Of a stretch of DNA of 64,000 nucleotides, positions 61,101 to 64,000 are shown piece after piece. The notes beneath the pieces are model-generated. The model saw only the letters and a program-made list of their open reading frames with translations. It was not told the DNA's origin and ran no database searches. Origin of the DNA: Eledone cirrhosa (taxonomy: Eukaryota); NCBI GenBank assembly GCA_964016885.1, contig OZ024740.1, forward strand, positions 438,712,001 through 438,776,000, read 5' to 3'. The stretch's first letter is position 1, and each line of letters starts with the position of its first letter. The position numbers and the translations under genes were made by a program.

Positions 61101-62051
61101 ATGTTAGACATGTTAGATATGTTAGATATGTTAGATATGTTAGATATGTTACATATGTTAGATATGTTAGATATGTTAGATATGTTAGACATGTTAGATA
61201 TGTTAGATATGTTAGACATGTTAGATATGTTAGACATGTTAGATATGTTAGATATGTTAGATATGTTAGACATGTTAGATATGTTAGACATGTTAGATAT
61301 GTTAGACATTTTAGACATGTAAGATATGTTAGATATGTTAGACATGTTAGATATGTTAGATATGTTAGATATATTAGATATGTTAGATATGTTAGATATA
61401 TTAGATATGTTAGATATGTTAGATATGTTAGATATGTTAGACATGTTAGATATGTTAGATATGTTAGACAGGTTAGATATGTTAGACATGCTAGATATGT
61501 TAGACATGTTTGATATGTTAGACATGATATATATGTTAGATATGTTAGATATGTTATATATGTTAGATATGTTATATATGTTAGATATGTTAGACATGTT
61601 AGATATGTTAGATATGTTAGATATGTTGGATATGTTATGTTAGATATGTTAGATATGTTAGATATGTTAAACAAGTTAGATATGTTAGACATGTTAGATA
61701 TGCTAGACATGTTAGAGATGTTAGATATGTTAGATATGTTAGACATGTTAGACATGTTATGTTAGATGTATTAGATATGTTAGATATGTTAGATATGTTA
61801 GATATGTTAGATATGTTAGATATGTTAGACATGTTAGACATGTTAGATATGTTAGATATGTTAGATATGTTAGATATGTTAGATATGTTAGATATGTTAG
61901 ATATGTTAGATATGTTAGATATGTTGGATATGTTATGTTAGATATGTTAGATATGTTAGATATGTTAAACAAGTTAGATATGTTAGACATGTTAGATATG
62001 CTAGACATGTTAGACATATTAGATATGTTAGATATGTTAGATATGTTAGAT

Positions 62052-63835
62052 ATGTTATGTTAGATGTATTAGATATGTTAGATATGTTAGATATGTTAGA
62101 TATGTTAGATATGTTAGATATGTTAGACATGTTAGACATGTTAGATATGTTAGATATGTTAGATATGTTAGATATGTTAGATATGTTAGACATGTTAGAT
62201 ATGTTAGATATGTTAGATATGTTAGATATGTTAGATACGTTAGATATATTAGATATGTTAGATATGTTAGATATGTTAGACATGTTAGATATGTTAGATA
62301 TGTTAGACATGTTAGATATGTTAGACATGTTAGATATGTTAGACATGTTAGATATGTTAGACATGTTAGATATGTTAGATATGTTAGACAGGTTAGATAT
62401 GTTAGACATGTTAGATATTTTAGATATGTTAGATATGTTAGACATGTTAGATATGTTAGACATGCTAGACATGTTAGACATGTTAGACATGTTAGACATG
62501 TTAGATATGTTAGATAAGTTAGACATGTTAGACATGTTAGATATGTTAGATATGTTAGACATGTTAGATATGTTAGACATGTTAGACATGTTAGATATGT
62601 TAGATATGTTAGACATGTTAGATATGTTAGACATGTTAGATATGCTAGACATGTTAGATATGTTAGATATGTTAGACATGTTAGATATGTTAGACATGTT
62701 TGATATGTTAGACATGATAGATATGTTAGATATGTTAGATATTTTATATATGTTAGATATGTTATATATGTTAGATATGTTACACATGTTAGATATGTTA
62801 GATATGTTAGATATGTTATGTTAGATATGTTAGATATGTTAGATATGTTAGACATGTTAGATATGTTAGACATGTTAGATATGCTAGACATGTTAGAGAT
62901 GTTAGATATGTTAGATATGTTAGACATGTAAGACATGTTAGATATGTTAGATATGTTAGACATGTTAGATATGTTAGATATGTTAGATATGTTAGACATG
63001 TTAGATATGTTAGATATGTTAGATATGTTAGATATGTTAGATATGTTAAATATGTTAGATATGTTAGATATGTTAGATATTTTAGACATGTTAGAGATGT
63101 TAGATATGTTAGACATGTTAGATATGTTAGATATGTTAGATATTTTAGATATGTTAGATATGTCAGATATGTTAGATATGTTAGATATGTTAGATATGTT
63201 AGATATGTTAGATATGTTAGAGATGTTAGATATGTTAGATATGTTAGACATGTTAGACATGTTAGATATGTTAGATATGTTAGATATGTTAGATATGTTA
63301 GATATGTTAGACATGTTAGACATGTTAGACATGTTAGACATGTTAGATATGTTAGATATGTTAGACATGTTATGTTAGATATGCTAGATATGTTAGACAT
63401 GTTAGATATGTTAGATGTGTTATGTTAGATATGTTAGACATGTTAGATATGTTAGACATGTTAGATATGTTATGTTAGATTTGTTAGATATGTTATGTTA
63501 GATATGTTAGATATGTTAGATATGTTAGATATGTTAGACGTGTTAGATATGTTAGATATGTTAGATATGTTAAATACGTTAGACATGTTAGATATGTTAG
63601 ATATGTTAGATATGTTATGTTAGATATGTTAGATATGTTATGTTAGATATGTTAGATGTGTTATGTTTGATATGTTAGACATGTTAGATATGTTAGATAT
63701 GTTAGATATGTTATGTTAGACATGTTAGATATGTTATGTTAGATATGTTAGACATGTAAGATATGTTATGTTAGATATGTTAGACATGTTAGATATGTTA
63801 GATATGTTAGATATGTTACGTGAGATATGTTAGAC
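62052..63835 (+). repeat. Third, more diverged copy of the 54302-56350 segment
   Basis: Same order of elements: ATGTT-ATGTTAGAT-GTATTAGAT marker, GAC-rich tract, ATGTAAGAC, ATGTT-deletion cluster and TTACGTGAGA (C at 56334, 59479, 63819). It lacks the GTGGTG pair. Confidence 0.85.
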
Positions 63836-64000
63836 ATGTTAGATAAGTTAGATATGTTAGACATGTTAGTTATGTTAGATATGTTAGATATGTTAGATAT
63901 GTTAGATATGTTAGATATGTTAGATATGTTAGATATGTTAGACATGTTAGATATGTTAGATATGTTAGACATGTTAGATATGTTAGACATGTTAGATATG

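Larger units (their letters stand above)
1..64000. repeat. 9-bp tandem satellite array, consensus ATGTTAGAT (main variant ATGTTAGAC), about 7,100 monomers, single orientation, running off both window ends
   Basis: Every line consists of ATGTTAGAT or 1-2 nt variants (GAC, AAT, TAT, GAG at positions 7-9; AAG, TTG, ACG, ATA, ATT at 1-3; TAA, CTA, TTG, TTT, ATA, TCA at 4-6), plus occasional deletion monomers. No non-repeat sequence was seen. Confidence 0.99.

Noticed and set aside
7717-62910. CRISPR-like array (header cassette as repeat, intervening sequence as spacers)
   Set aside because: The intervening sequence is the same satellite, with highly variable lengths from about 0.2 to 12 kb. There are no unique spacers, leader or cas genes.
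13-63378. Plus-strand (MLD)n ORFs as repeat-protein genes; the commonest variants GAT>GAC and TTA>CTA/TTG are synonymous in this frame
   Set aside because: TAA stop monomers and frameshifting deletions are freely amplified along with the HORs. There is no unique N- or C-terminal domain, promoter or splice context, and every monomer supplies an ATG. The synonymous bias rests mostly on one ancient variant.
1-64000. Telomeric repeat array (TTAGATATG resembles TTAGG-type motifs; single TTAGGG at 39723 and TTAGG at 25072)
   Set aside because: The monomer has no G-run, and ordered variant HORs with kb-scale duplications indicate recombinational rather than telomerase-templated synthesis. The TTAGG(G) hits are single point variants. 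A subtelomeric location cannot be excluded.
1-64000. Fungal RIP or CpA-deamination signature behind the GAC/GAT polymorphism
   Set aside because: The TpG in ATGTT (CpA on the minus strand) is retained in the vast majority of monomers, which RIP would have eroded.
1-64000. Pure sequencing or polymerase-slippage artefact, or synthetic DNA
   Set aside because: Variants recur in identical multi-monomer contexts tens of kb apart, with graded divergence between duplicates. This is consistent with real evolutionary history, although individual duplications could still be mis-assembled.

Overview
The whole 64 kb window is one uninterrupted, head-to-tail, AT-rich 9-bp satellite array. The consensus is (ATGTTAGAT)n on + and (ATCTAACAT)n on -, with about 7,100 monomers (64000/9). 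I saw no unique sequence, inversion, transposon, RNA gene or credible protein gene. All ORFs in the track (MLD, VRY, ISN and YLT repeats) are by-products of a monomer whose length is a multiple of 3. The real information lies in the variant monomers. A small fixed vocabulary of multi-monomer 'words' recurs in a conserved order and forms a ~0.4-0.9 kb higher-order repeat (HOR). This HOR is nested inside larger duplications of about 1.8, 2.55, 3.1-3.4, 5.6 and 14.1 kb. Rare deletion monomers (5, 7 and 8 bp) act as lineage markers and divide the array into left, middle and right domains. A 23-bp (5+9+9) period is emerging locally in the right domain. This architecture fits a eukaryotic heterochromatic or (peri)centromeric satellite evolving by unequal exchange. 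I cannot identify the organism or function from the sequence, and I found no evidence for a novel gene system. Coordinates were read by eye and from ORF-track offsets, so duplication boundaries are approximate.
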